Part shown: positions 42,430-51,618 of the stretch, piece after piece | How the letters are laid out: each line of letters opens with the position of its first letter | Position numbering within the stretch: position 1 is the first letter of the stretch | Origin: Nitrospirota bacterium | GTDB taxonomy: Bacteria; Nitrospirota; Nitrospiria; Nitrospirales; Nitrospiraceae | NCBI GenBank assembly: GCA_963703955.1 | Contig: CAVPGK010000015.1 | Span: 128,001-192,000, forward strand | DNA: 64,000 bases | Reading direction: 5' to 3' | The notes under the pieces: generated by a model | The model's database searches: none | What the model was told of the DNA's origin: nothing | Seen by the model: only the letters and a program-made list of their open reading frames with translations | Position numbers and translations under genes: made by a program

Positions 42430-42791
42430 CCCTCAGCTCTCAACCCTGAGTACCCCTTTTTCCCTTCCAGCGCGAGACGGAAATGGGACCCATGCTCATG
42501 CCGGTAGGGGGGTGTGCCCATCGCCATCGGATAGGGCTAGGTAGGTTGCGCCTGGGTTGCGGAATTGCGGACAGGTGAACTTCCGTCTCATACGGACCTT
42601 TACTCATGTTCCTTGAGTGAATGCGCTCAACATGACGAGCGTACGCCACCGTCAGATTAACGTCGTACCCTTACATCTTCGGATTGCTCGATCATCCGAA
42701 TGGCTAATACACGTCGCCCTTGGATTCACGTACTGTTCTCGACAACGTACTTGTGAACCACGGAGAGCGATGTGATGAGAGGGAGAGTCCT

Positions 42792-42989
42792 ATGAAGGTA
42801 ATGATCACCGTCGATTTCAGCGTCGAGGAATGCCGTGCCATCGCCGATGCCCACGGTGATCGGGCTCCCGCGCCCTATGGACGCGTCCAAGACTGGATGT
42901 CCAGCACGATCCTGAGTGCGCTCGACAACCTTGTTGCCGCCTACAATCTGAAGAACAAGGGCACCCTTCCACAGAACCCCGCTGCGTAA
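42792..42989 (+). CDS. Small hypothetical protein
   Basis: GGGAG RBS; 65-aa ORF starting MKVMITVDF. Confidence 0.5.
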   Translation: MKVMITVDFSVEECRAIADAHGDRAPAPYGRVQDWMSSTILSALDNLVAAYNLKNKGTLPQNPAA

Positions 42990-43127
42990 GACACGCCTGG
43001 GGCTTTGGGTTGAGCCCGGTCCCATCCCACCTTTTGACAATCCCCTGCCATCCCTCATAGGCGAAGGCTGACGTTTCGACGTGGATCAATAGGGAAAGCG
43101 CCATCACACCGTGCGTTCTACCAAGCT

Positions 43128-43469
43128 CTACTCCCCGCCCACCTGTGTGTCAGGGCAGCGCCAGCGAGTGACGATCTCCGTCCCTTGATAGAGAGCCCAC
43201 TCGGTGAATGGCAAGCAGAGTTGCCGTGGGCTAGTGTCCGCCTTCGCTGCCGTCACCCCTCCTCCCACTGTCAGATGATCCACCGCCAGCTCAAACTGCG
43301 GGAGGTGTGCAGCGGTGAAAAAGAGACTATAGGGGCTGCGGCCTTTGGCTCTGAAGCATTGCCACCGGACCGAAAAGCGCCATTCGCCCCGATCAGAGCG
43401 GACCTGGTCAATAGTGGCGACAGTACCCGCCGGAATGTCATCGAACGCGACGAGGGCACGCACGGTCAC
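43128..43469 (-). CDS. Hypothetical protein, possibly a fragment
   Basis: ORF; its 3' end is repeated at about 45583-45695. Confidence 0.35.
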   Translation of the reverse strand: MTVRALVAFDDIPAGTVATIDQVRSDRGEWRFSVRWQCFRAKGRSPYSLFFTAAHLPQFELAVDHLTVGGGVTAAKADTSPRQLCLPFTEWALYQGTEIVTRWRCPDTQVGGE

Positions 43470-43669
43470 CCCGTAGGCGATTTGATCTTGAGAGCCGATT
43501 GCCTATTTTGGCGGCCTTCATGACCGACCACCCAGATCGCCTCGACGAACTGCCGCCTCAGCCGGGAGGGTTACGACCTCAGTCCGATTGTGGGGATTCA
43601 TGGAGAAGCGGATAGTGGCAGAGAGCCCGCTGCGCGGAGATTGGGAGGCATGTCCGGCGGATTGATATT

Positions 43670-44110
43670 ATGGTCTTCTGCAGAAGCCCGAATACCAGTG
43701 GCGAGCCGGCGTGCCGCCGGGGGTACGATCCCATGCCCCTGATTATCTGTAGCGGCGTGATCCTGCTTCTTGTTGCCCGGAGCCATGCCGTCGCACAGAG
43801 CTTTACTGACAATGCCCCGCTCACGACGTTTCTGTTCGGTCGTTCGAGTGTTCCGACGATCCAACTCACGTCGCCTGTCTCGCCCATTGGTCCAATCACC
43901 TATACGGACCCCGTCACCACGACGGTGCTCCGACTCCCTGGTGAGTTTCGCTGGTGGCAGACGTGGGAGGGGCATCCATTCGCGTTCCGCTTGGGCCTGG
44001 GGTTTTCTGGAGGCGAGACGCGTGACGTCACTCGCCTCATATTGGACCAGCCGGCGGCGCACGGTTTCGCGCCCAATGAAGTCCACGTCGGAGTTTGGAT
44101 TCCATTTTGA
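43670..44110 (+). CDS. Exported hypothetical protein (start uncertain)
   Basis: Signal-peptide-like MPLIICSGVILLLVARSHAVA; C-terminal aromatic residue (VGVWIPF). Confidence 0.45.
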   Translation: MVFCRSPNTSGEPACRRGYDPMPLIICSGVILLLVARSHAVAQSFTDNAPLTTFLFGRSSVPTIQLTSPVSPIGPITYTDPVTTTVLRLPGEFRWWQTWEGHPFAFRLGLGFSGGETRDVTRLILDQPAAHGFAPNEVHVGVWIPF

Positions 44111-44392
44111 TGGCGGACCACCTGGAATGCCCCCGGCTAACCGTGTCGGTACCCTGAAAGAGTTGGCGTTGAACCAGATCCGTTCCCCTGGAGGGCCTGC
44201 ATGTCTTTGCGAACTCTAAGGCTGAGGTGATAAAGAACTTCTATCTCGGGGCGGTGCAAGAATTCTTTCGTGTTCGAAGCTGGCTTAGATCCACGATCGT
44301 GATGGATCTGTCTAGGAGGTCGACCCATTACTGCCCCCACCACGTTCGTGTTGGAACCCACGCGAGAAGTAACTTCTACATGGGCTTGCTCG

Positions 44393-44584
44393 CCCAAACC
44401 GCTGGACATCAATACCGCGTCAGCCGATCAACTCAAAGCCCTGCCCGGCGTCGGTGAGGCCTACTCAGAGAAGATCATCAAGGGGCGACCGTACAAGCGA
44501 AAGGATGAGCTAGTGCAGAAGAAGGTGATCCCACAAGCGACCTATGACAAGATCAAAGATCAGATCGTGGCGAAGCAGAAGTAA
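44393..44584 (+). pseudogene. ComEA-like HhH domain lacking a clear N-terminus
   Basis: [32 protein letters not shown]. Confidence 0.65.
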
Positions 44585-44602
44585 AGTCGGTCTGACCTTG
44601 AG

Positions 44603-44839
44603 TTAACAGCGAGTCGTGTATTGACAATTAGAATATGGGGGAAGTCCACTTTGCGCTGGGTTGCCGGCGCGGTCTGGTGGCCCATACTGCTGATGGCGGA
44701 CATCGGAGCCGCCATACGGAGAGGCTCCGTAGGAAGGAGTCTCGGGTTCTTGTCGTGGACGCGTGCCGCCATCCGCGCAGCCCACCAGAAAGAGTGCCAT
44801 CACGCCGATGCAAGGGAGAAAAGCCAATTGTGTTCGCAT
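44603..44839 (-). CDS. Small lipoprotein
   Basis: AAGGAG RBS; lipobox LVGC. Confidence 0.55.
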   Translation of the reverse strand: MRTQLAFLPCIGVMALFLVGCADGGTRPRQEPETPSYGASPYGGSDVRHQQYGPPDRAGNPAQSGLPPYSNCQYTTRC

Positions 44840-46079
44840 GCGTAGGCTCCTTTGGTTAGCCGTGGCTCAATGACAGAGCCCAAATCATACGCCTAGAGGC
44901 CTCATCATTACCAGCCGAAAGGTGGTACCTATTTTCTTGATGTAACAGACATGGATGACTGGACAATACCGCTGCCCCGAATCGGGGGTTTATTGCTTTT
45001 GTCTGGTCTCAAGCACCTTTTTGTAGTTTTAGAAAAATTCCATTATCCAAACACTGTATGCCTCTGCACCCTACCTGTGCCGCGAAGACCACCTTGCTAG
45101 TGAGACAAAGGCGCCACCGGATAGTTGCTTTATAGACTGTAGAGGTGGCCATTTTGCCGTCCACGGCGCATCGCCAGGTCCCATCGCAAGCGCAGCCCCG
45201 GTGGGGGGTGTGACCATCACCTTCGATACTGCGATGTAGGTTGCGGCTGGGTTGCGTTGGGGAGTGCCAGAAACCTATCACGTGAGGCAACTAAGGTATC
45301 ATGTCCATTGCGGAAACCCGCCGACCATGATACCTGTCCACATCGTGCTGGTGCGTTAGACGACCTCTACGGAATAGCCCCATCCAGTATTGCCCCCAGC
45401 AAAGTGAGTAGGTAACCAAAAGCGGCCACATTGTGAGCGGCAGAGGCCGGGCGGACCGACCTTTTGCCCTTGGGGCGCGAGGCGGAAATGGGACCAACGC
45501 TTAAGCCGGTGGAGGGTGTGCCCATGCGAGGCGGCAGAGGCGGCAGATGATTAAGTAGCGCCTGTGCAGACTGGTGCACAGACCAATAGGGAAAGAGCTA
45601 TCACACCGTGCACTCTCCCAAGCCTACTCCCCGCCCACCTGTGCTTCAGGATAGCACCAGCGAGTGATGACCTCTGTGCCTTGATAGAGTGCCTTGCCTA
45701 GACTCGTTCTCCGGTCTATCACGCGCCCACCAAGGGTCTTGCGGCCCGTTTCAGGGTGGCAAGGCCGTGCGTTGTATGATGGAGGACAGTCCTTTCTGTC
45801 AGTTCTGACCCGTTCATACCGGTAGCGGCATGGTAGCAAGGATTATAAGCCATTGACGATTAACAGCATGAGAAGGTGTGCGGTTAGGGAAACCGCCGGT
45901 TTTGCTTGAGGATGTTGTGACAGCAGAAGAAAAACGGTATTGACAGCCTGAAGCCGTTTTGATAAATCTGATGAGCAAAGGCAGCTGGGAAATCAGAACA
46001 ACGTCGTCCTGACCCCCAGCTCTGCTCTCGGGACAACGACGTCCTTTCGGTTCATCCACAAGCCAGGAGGACGCTCGTT

Positions 46080-46502
46080 ATGTCTCGAGGATCTGCTCGG
46101 TACACCGTCCAGAAAATCAGCGCCATCTTAATCTCGGTCTATTGTCTTAGCGGATGCGCCGTCTCGGTCCCACCGCAACTCCTCTCCAACGACGACGTGT
46201 TGCTCAAGCAGGCTCTTGCTCAGCGGGAAGCGGCTTACGCCAGGCTCACCAAAGCCATCAGCACTTATTGCAGCATCAGTCATGAGCGTTTCGCGGCGCG
46301 TCAGCAATGCATCCTTGAAAAACAGATGGAACTCCAGGGCAAGCTACAGGGTAGAGGAGAAAACCGGAATGATCGGATCGCGATGATTCGACCCGAAGCT
46401 GTGTATGGTGAGACCGGCCCTACTCTCCAATGCGAGGGCGCAGGGTTACGCGTCACCTGCCGGAGAATAGCGCCGGCCTTGCTGGAACTGTTAATGAACT
46501 GA
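46080..46502 (+). CDS. Putative lipoprotein
   Basis: GGAGG RBS; lipobox LSGC. Confidence 0.6.
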   Translation: MSRGSARYTVQKISAILISVYCLSGCAVSVPPQLLSNDDVLLKQALAQREAAYARLTKAISTYCSISHERFAARQQCILEKQMELQGKLQGRGENRNDRIAMIRPEAVYGETGPTLQCEGAGLRVTCRRIAPALLELLMN

Positions 46503-47247
46503 CCATAAATAATAGGACGTGATTGCGTGGCGGATATGAACGCTGCGTTTCATGCGACGGAACCCATCCTACCCGTCGACTGTTTCCCCCTCTCTTCTAG
46601 CTAGAAACGTGTCTTAATGCAACAACCGCCACAGGCTCCAGACGGCGACTCACCTCCGTTGCTTTCTCGAAAGCGTACCGCTGAAAATTCCGCCTCCTCA
46701 ATCAATTTCAGTTTGGGCAATCGTCAACAGTGGTTAGGCCGATGCTCAAGACCTTTCCGCCGTCTTTAATGCGCCTTGCGGCGCATAGAGGCCGCTCCGT
46801 TGGTAGGGTCGTTTTCCTGTTGATTTCTGGGGGGCATGAGAGCTACTAATAATCCGTGCGCAGTGAGGACAGCCACAGTGTTTGGCGCCTATGCGGAGCC
46901 ATGACAAGTGAGCAATTTTGACCAGTCCTGCAGGCGTGGAAAGGTGTACCATGTTTTTTTTAGCAAAAGGGCTTTCATGAATACAACTTTACAGGGTGCC
47001 CAATAGCGCGTCGCCTGACCCCATGACGTTCTGAGCCACGCCGACTGCCCTATTAGTCGCGCTTCGCGACTCCTCCTGGCGCGATTGATTCTCCAGTCTC
47101 CGCCGCTTCCTACGCCAGACTCTCTTCACAGGCGCTGTCATGCTATTCCGGTCATCAAGCTTGCACCAATTGAGCGTCCTCATACGTCTCGGTGTCAGTT
47201 AAGATAGGACTGGAAAGTGATCGCCCAAATTGAGAAAGGAGACGATT

Positions 47248-47616
47248 ATGCTACACGCAAGAGTTTCCCTTTTGGCGCTCAGCGTTGCTGTCATTGCCAT
47301 GACCATTGGTGCACAGAGTTGCGCCACCAAATCGCCAGAGACCATGTCCACAACCGGTGCTCAGGCCACCGCGACAGCTCCGGGACCGGCCATGGGAAAA
47401 AGCGACCTCATCTTCCAATACCGCGAACAAGCGGCAGAGCTGCGCGGGATGGCGAGCCGGTTAGAGTTCGAAGCGGAAGTGTATGCTCAACGCCAAGAAC
47501 AGGAGCAGGCGCAGCGGAGCCGTGATTTGGCGAAGGACATGCGGACCGCTGCCGACACAGCTGATGAACAGGCGCGCGAGTATCGCCGTCAGCTCCCGCA
47601 CAATCAGGCGTACTAA
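47248..47616 (+). CDS. Putative helical lipoprotein
   Basis: AAGGAG RBS; signal peptide ending AQSC. Confidence 0.7.
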   Translation: MLHARVSLLALSVAVIAMTIGAQSCATKSPETMSTTGAQATATAPGPAMGKSDLIFQYREQAAELRGMASRLEFEAEVYAQRQEQEQAQRSRDLAKDMRTAADTADEQAREYRRQLPHNQAY

Positions 47617-47846
47617 CATAAGCCGACCGGGGCTCTCATGATCAGCTTCAACAGTAAGGGGATGACCGATATTTACTATCACTTCAGCCATCCCCTGTCG
47701 TTCACTCTTCAATCAGCGGCCCGGGCCGGCGAAGCCGGTACCGGAGGTGGAAGGGCAATAGGTCCACGCAACACGTGATCCGCGCAGAAGGTTTCCATAC
47801 GAACGGTGAGGACTGAGTCAGGGCTGCGAGATAGGAGGTGGTCGTG

Positions 47847-49316
47847 ATGTTTTACCAAGGGAGGTTCTTGGGTCGCCTGCTGTGTGCTATGGTCGGACTC
47901 GCCGTGTTGTCCTCCTGCATCTCGATGACCTCGCAGCGGAAGGAGGAATCCAGGTCTCATATCAAGAAGATCCACAAGGCGGACAAAGAAGGTCCGCAGA
48001 CCATCACTCTGGGACAGCTTCGTGATGAAGTCCAGCGATTCGCGTATCGGTTTGGCTCCCACGTGAATGAGCCACTGAGCATCATGGGGGGGAGTGCCCT
48101 CTCATCCAACGTACGGCAACTGCTTTACCGAATGAAGTTCAACAATACGTGGACGGTCGTCGACATTGCCGTCGGGCCAAATCCTGAGGTTAACTTGATC
48201 GACATGCTCGTGTTCGTCACCTTGTCGCGGACGGTCCTGGAGGACTACTGGGTTCCAAAGGTCTTCGCCGAGGAGGGGATGGTTCTCGCGAAAGCGCATC
48301 GAGACATGGAGGAGGATATCTGGAGCGTCGGAGCTCGAGTCCTCGATCGGGAGCAACAGGACGAGTTACGGGGTCTGATACGGAAATGGCGGGAACAACA
48401 TCCCGAGATGCGATTTGTTGGGGCCATCCGATTCGGGAACCTTGCCTCACAATTGGGTGATTCGAGCTTAGCCGATGTGCAGAAACCCGGCGGCTTGCTG
48501 GGACAGATGCAGCAAGCGACGGAGGCCGTCGACGAGGTCCGCCTCGCATCGGAGCGGTTTATGTTTCTTATGAGGGCCATGCTGCCACTCTCGCGACTTC
48601 AGGCAGAGGCAACCCTGAGCGGAATGTTGATGGAACCCGCAATCGAGCAGACGCTCTCTAATCTGAACCGACTCACGAGGTCCACCGAACGCTACGCGGC
48701 TCTGTTAGAGCGGCTTCCCGCTGAGCGGGATGAAACCCTGACGCAGGTAAGCCGCCTCATTGCCATGGAGCGGAAAAACTTCCTTGACGAGATCGTCCCT
48801 CACGAAGATCGCCTTCAGGGCGTGCTGACGAGCCTCCGGGAGACGCTTGTGGAAGCAAACAAATTGATTGCGTCCGTCGAGTCCCTGGCTGCCAAATATG
48901 GTCCGGCTCAGGATCAGCCACCAAACCACGCGCTCGCGGTGGCCGAACACAAACCCTTCGATATCAAGGACTATCAGCAAACCGTCAGTGGGGTGACCGA
49001 CACCGTTCGGGAAACTCAGAAGCTTGCCATAACCCTGGAGCAGATCCTGAATTCCCCGGGATGGAAAGAGCGCATGCCGGAACTGCTCGGCACCATTGCT
49101 ACCGTAGGCAAAGAAGGGGAGGGTTTAGTTGATTTCTCATTTCGCCGGGCGGTCTTTCTAGCTGGGACCTCGATATTAATGCTCTTTCTCCTCGCGTTCG
49201 TCCTGGTAAGATATGCGGTCAAAAAAGTTGCCGCGATCCGCGAATCCCCGAGCGGGGTGGTCAGACAGGAAGCACCTCAAGATCGCCGATCCCATCCCAG
49301 CAAAGTTATTGGATAA
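47847..49316 (+). CDS. Putative helical lipoprotein with C-terminal TM helix
   Basis: AGGAGG RBS; LSSC lipobox; long amphipathic helices. Confidence 0.7.
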   Translation: MFYQGRFLGRLLCAMVGLAVLSSCISMTSQRKEESRSHIKKIHKADKEGPQTITLGQLRDEVQRFAYRFGSHVNEPLSIMGGSALSSNVRQLLYRMKFNNTWTVVDIAVGPNPEVNLIDMLVFVTLSRTVLEDYWVPKVFAEEGMVLAKAHRDMEEDIWSVGARVLDREQQDELRGLIRKWREQHPEMRFVGAIRFGNLASQLGDSSLADVQKPGGLLGQMQQATEAVDEVRLASERFMFLMRAMLPLSRLQAEATLSGMLMEPAIEQTLSNLNRLTRSTERYAALLERLPAERDETLTQVSRLIAMERKNFLDEIVPHEDRLQGVLTSLRETLVEANKLIASVESLAAKYGPAQDQPPNHALAVAEHKPFDIKDYQQTVSGVTDTVRETQKLAITLEQILNSPGWKERMPELLGTIATVGKEGEGLVDFSFRRAVFLAGTSILMLFLLAFVLVRYAVKKVAAIRESPSGVVRQEAPQDRRSHPSKVIG

Positions 49317-49654
49317 CACCGAAGGAGGCGGGGGCGGACCGCCTTTTTGTCCTCCCAACGCGAGCCTGAAATGGGACCCACGCTCATGCCGGGGGAGGGG
49401 TGTGCCCATCACAGGTGTAGTCTGTTTTGGCAAGTGTTAAATAGGTGTTAGCGAGAGCGACAAAACGGGCAGGATACCGACAAAGAGAAGCAAAGTGAGA
49501 GGAGACTTTAACTAGTCCTAGTCTTTGAATAATAAGGGGATTACCCAGGCCATCAAGGACTTGAGTAATCCCCTCTGTATCCATTTTGAGTCTGGCGCGT
49601 CTGCCAGTTCCGCCATCCGGGCTTCAGCGCTTGTTGAGAACATCCCGCCGCCCT

Positions 49655-49683
49655 CTTCTAACACGATCACCCCGCATCGTCAA
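49655..49683 (-). promoter_or_regulatory. Probable native tRNA-Leu promoter, now upstream of the 5' tRNA fragment
   Basis: TTGACG-17-TAGAAG followed by a GC-rich discriminator. Confidence 0.55.
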
Positions 49684-49792
49684 TTCAGCTGCCGCCCTTT
49701 TCATTCGTCGAAGTGGCGTGATAAGATCCCCTGCGTTGCCGTGATCCGGTTGGGCGCGCTTCGCGTAAGGTTTGCAGAGGGAGGGAGATCCA

Positions 49793-50077
49793 ATGACACA
49801 GCTTCAACAGGTCCACTGTGTAAAATGCGGAAAAGACGGTGACCCCATCACCGATCCTCTCTACTTAGGGCGGATGGAAGCCGAAATAAAGTCGAACGTC
49901 TGCAAGAGTTGCTGGAAAGAATGGGAAGGAATGAGAGTGATGGTGATCAACGAATATCAGGTGAATCTGGGTGAAGAAAGCGGCCGAGAGCTGGTCAGAA
50001 AGCAAATGCGCGCGTTTCTCAAGCTCGGGGAAACCGTGGACACCTCAAGGTTACAGCAAAACTATCGACCCCAGTGA
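49793..50077 (+). CDS. Fe(II)-trafficking / oxidative damage protection protein (YggX-like)
   Basis: CKSCWKEW...VINEYQVN. Confidence 0.75.
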   Translation: MTQLQQVHCVKCGKDGDPITDPLYLGRMEAEIKSNVCKSCWKEWEGMRVMVINEYQVNLGEESGRELVRKQMRAFLKLGETVDTSRLQQNYRPQ

Positions 50078-50113
50078 CGGCGGCGGTGCAATCCGACGCG
50101 ATGAACTAAGCTC

Positions 50114-50995
50114 TTGCCTCAACCGTCTCACCAGCGGCGTCTTGTATCTGGAAATCGAAACAATCAGGAGCGCCGTTCCACTCTTCGGTTCTCCCAAGAA
50201 CACAGTTCTCCCCGGCTGGCGAATCAGGTGGCCCTCATCACAGGAGCCGGCCGTGGGATCGGTCGCGCTACGGCGGAATTGTTCGCTCGGGAGGGGGCAC
50301 AGGTCGTCATTTGCTCCCGGACGCGAGGCGAACTTGCGCGCGTGCTCGCTGTCATCAATACCGCGGGAGGAGAGGCCACGGGTCGGGTCGCGGACATCGG
50401 ATCCGCACGGCAGGCTCAGGCACTGGTCGATCTGACCGTTCGTCGGTATGGGCGGCTTGATCTTCTGATCAACAACGCCGGCATCCTAGGACCGCGGGTG
50501 CCGATTACGGAGTATCCGCCGCGTGACTGGGACAGCGTGCTGCGAATCAACCTCAGCGGCACCTTTTACATTTCCCGGCAGGCCGCCGCCAGAATGGTCG
50601 ACCAACAGGGCGGATGTATTATCACACTGTCCTCCTCTGTGGGCAGGATCGGCCGCGGTGCCTGGGGCGCTTATGCCGTCTCCAAATTCGGCATCGAAGG
50701 TCTGAGCCAGGTGATGGCCGATGAACTGCGGTCAGACGGCATTTGCGTCCTTACATTCAACCCCGGGGGGACACGGACCGAGATGCGCAAAGAAGCCTAT
50801 CCCTCTGAAGACCCTTCCAAGCTTCGCGATCCTGCTGAAGTAGCGAAAGCACTCTTACGTCTGGTCCTTGTGTCCTCCCCCGACATTTCGGGCCGGGCCT
50901 ATGACCTTGACCATCTACCGTATACCTTCTCTTCGAGTAGATGCGCAAAAGGCGTCGGATTCGTTGACAACATGCAAAGCTCAGTGATAGATTGA
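50114..50995 (+). CDS. Short-chain dehydrogenase/reductase
   Basis: TGAGRGIG, NNAG, YAVSK. Confidence 0.9.
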   Translation: MPQPSHQRRLVSGNRNNQERRSTLRFSQEHSSPRLANQVALITGAGRGIGRATAELFAREGAQVVICSRTRGELARVLAVINTAGGEATGRVADIGSARQAQALVDLTVRRYGRLDLLINNAGILGPRVPITEYPPRDWDSVLRINLSGTFYISRQAAARMVDQQGGCIITLSSSVGRIGRGAWGAYAVSKFGIEGLSQVMADELRSDGICVLTFNPGGTRTEMRKEAYPSEDPSKLRDPAEVAKALLRLVLVSSPDISGRAYDLDHLPYTFSSSRCAKGVGFVDNMQSSVID

Positions 50996-51043
50996 CGTGA
51001 TTTCGCCTGGCGGGCTGTCGACCCACTGAGAGCCTGAATCACC

Positions 51044-51499
51044 ATGATTACACAGATGAAAGTTCGCGGACTGATGTTCGATCCTTATAATAACGCGTAC
51101 ATTGTGATCCTTCGCGACGAGGAACACTCGGATATGCTGCCGATCTGGGTAGGAAAATCGGAAGCCAGTTCGATCAGCTTTGCGCTCGAGGGGATTGCGA
51201 CCCCGCGGCCGATGACTCACGATCTGATGAAATCGGTCCTCGACACGGTCGACGCCAAGGTTATCAGCGTGGTCGTGACGGACATGAAGGACAATACCTA
51301 CTACTCAAGAATACACCTGACGTATGAAGATTCAGAATACTCGATCGACTCCCGGCCGAGCGATGCCATCGCCTTGGCGTTGAGGACCAATGCTCCGATC
51401 TTTGCCAGCGAGGAGGTCATCCGGAAGCAGGCATCCGAAGAATTGGACCAATGGTTGGAAAATCTGAAGCCCGAAGACTTTGGTAAGTACGAGTCCTGA
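51044..51499 (+). CDS. Bifunctional nuclease (DUF151) family protein
   Basis: LPIWVG, RPMTHDL, DSRPSDAIALALR. Confidence 0.9.
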   Translation: MITQMKVRGLMFDPYNNAYIVILRDEEHSDMLPIWVGKSEASSISFALEGIATPRPMTHDLMKSVLDTVDAKVISVVVTDMKDNTYYSRIHLTYEDSEYSIDSRPSDAIALALRTNAPIFASEEVIRKQASEELDQWLENLKPEDFGKYES

Positions 51500-51618
51500 T
51501 CTGTGGCGTGCCCATCGAACCTGATCCCATGCCGACCTTCGCTCTCCGATGAGGCCTGAGAAAAAGTCGTCAGGCGCCTCCAAGCCTTCGGCTCTATTGA
51601 AGTGAATGTCGAACTTTC

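Larger units (their letters stand above)
35050..49412 (+). repeat. Dispersed 70-125 bp motif, about 8 co-oriented copies (approx. 35050, 35803 partial, 39152, 41482, 42454, 45148, 45449, 49330)
   Basis: T-run..GCGC..ATGGGACCC or GGGTCCCAT..CCGG..G-run-TGTGCCCAT; copies at 35050 and 35803 are degenerate. Confidence 0.75.
33117..49622. mobile_element. Genomic island in tRNA-Leu, bounded by 40-bp direct repeats (33117-33156 and 49583-49622)
   Basis: Identical ATTTTGAGTCTGGCGCGTCTGCCAGTTCCGCCATCCGGGC at both ends; integrase near one end; gene-poor interior. Confidence 0.9.

Noticed and set aside
45968..46015. Hammerhead-like CTGATGA...GAAA
   Set aside because: Stem II is poor and the required U-H cleavage site after stem III is missing
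35050..49412. Repeats read as a CRISPR array or integron attC array
   Set aside because: Spacing is irregular (0.2-4 kb), there are no cas genes, no attC-type ends were seen, and the integrase shows no evident IntI-specific insertion
49583..49622. Second tRNA-Leu gene
   Set aside because: Only the 5' 40 nt are present; it is an att repeat
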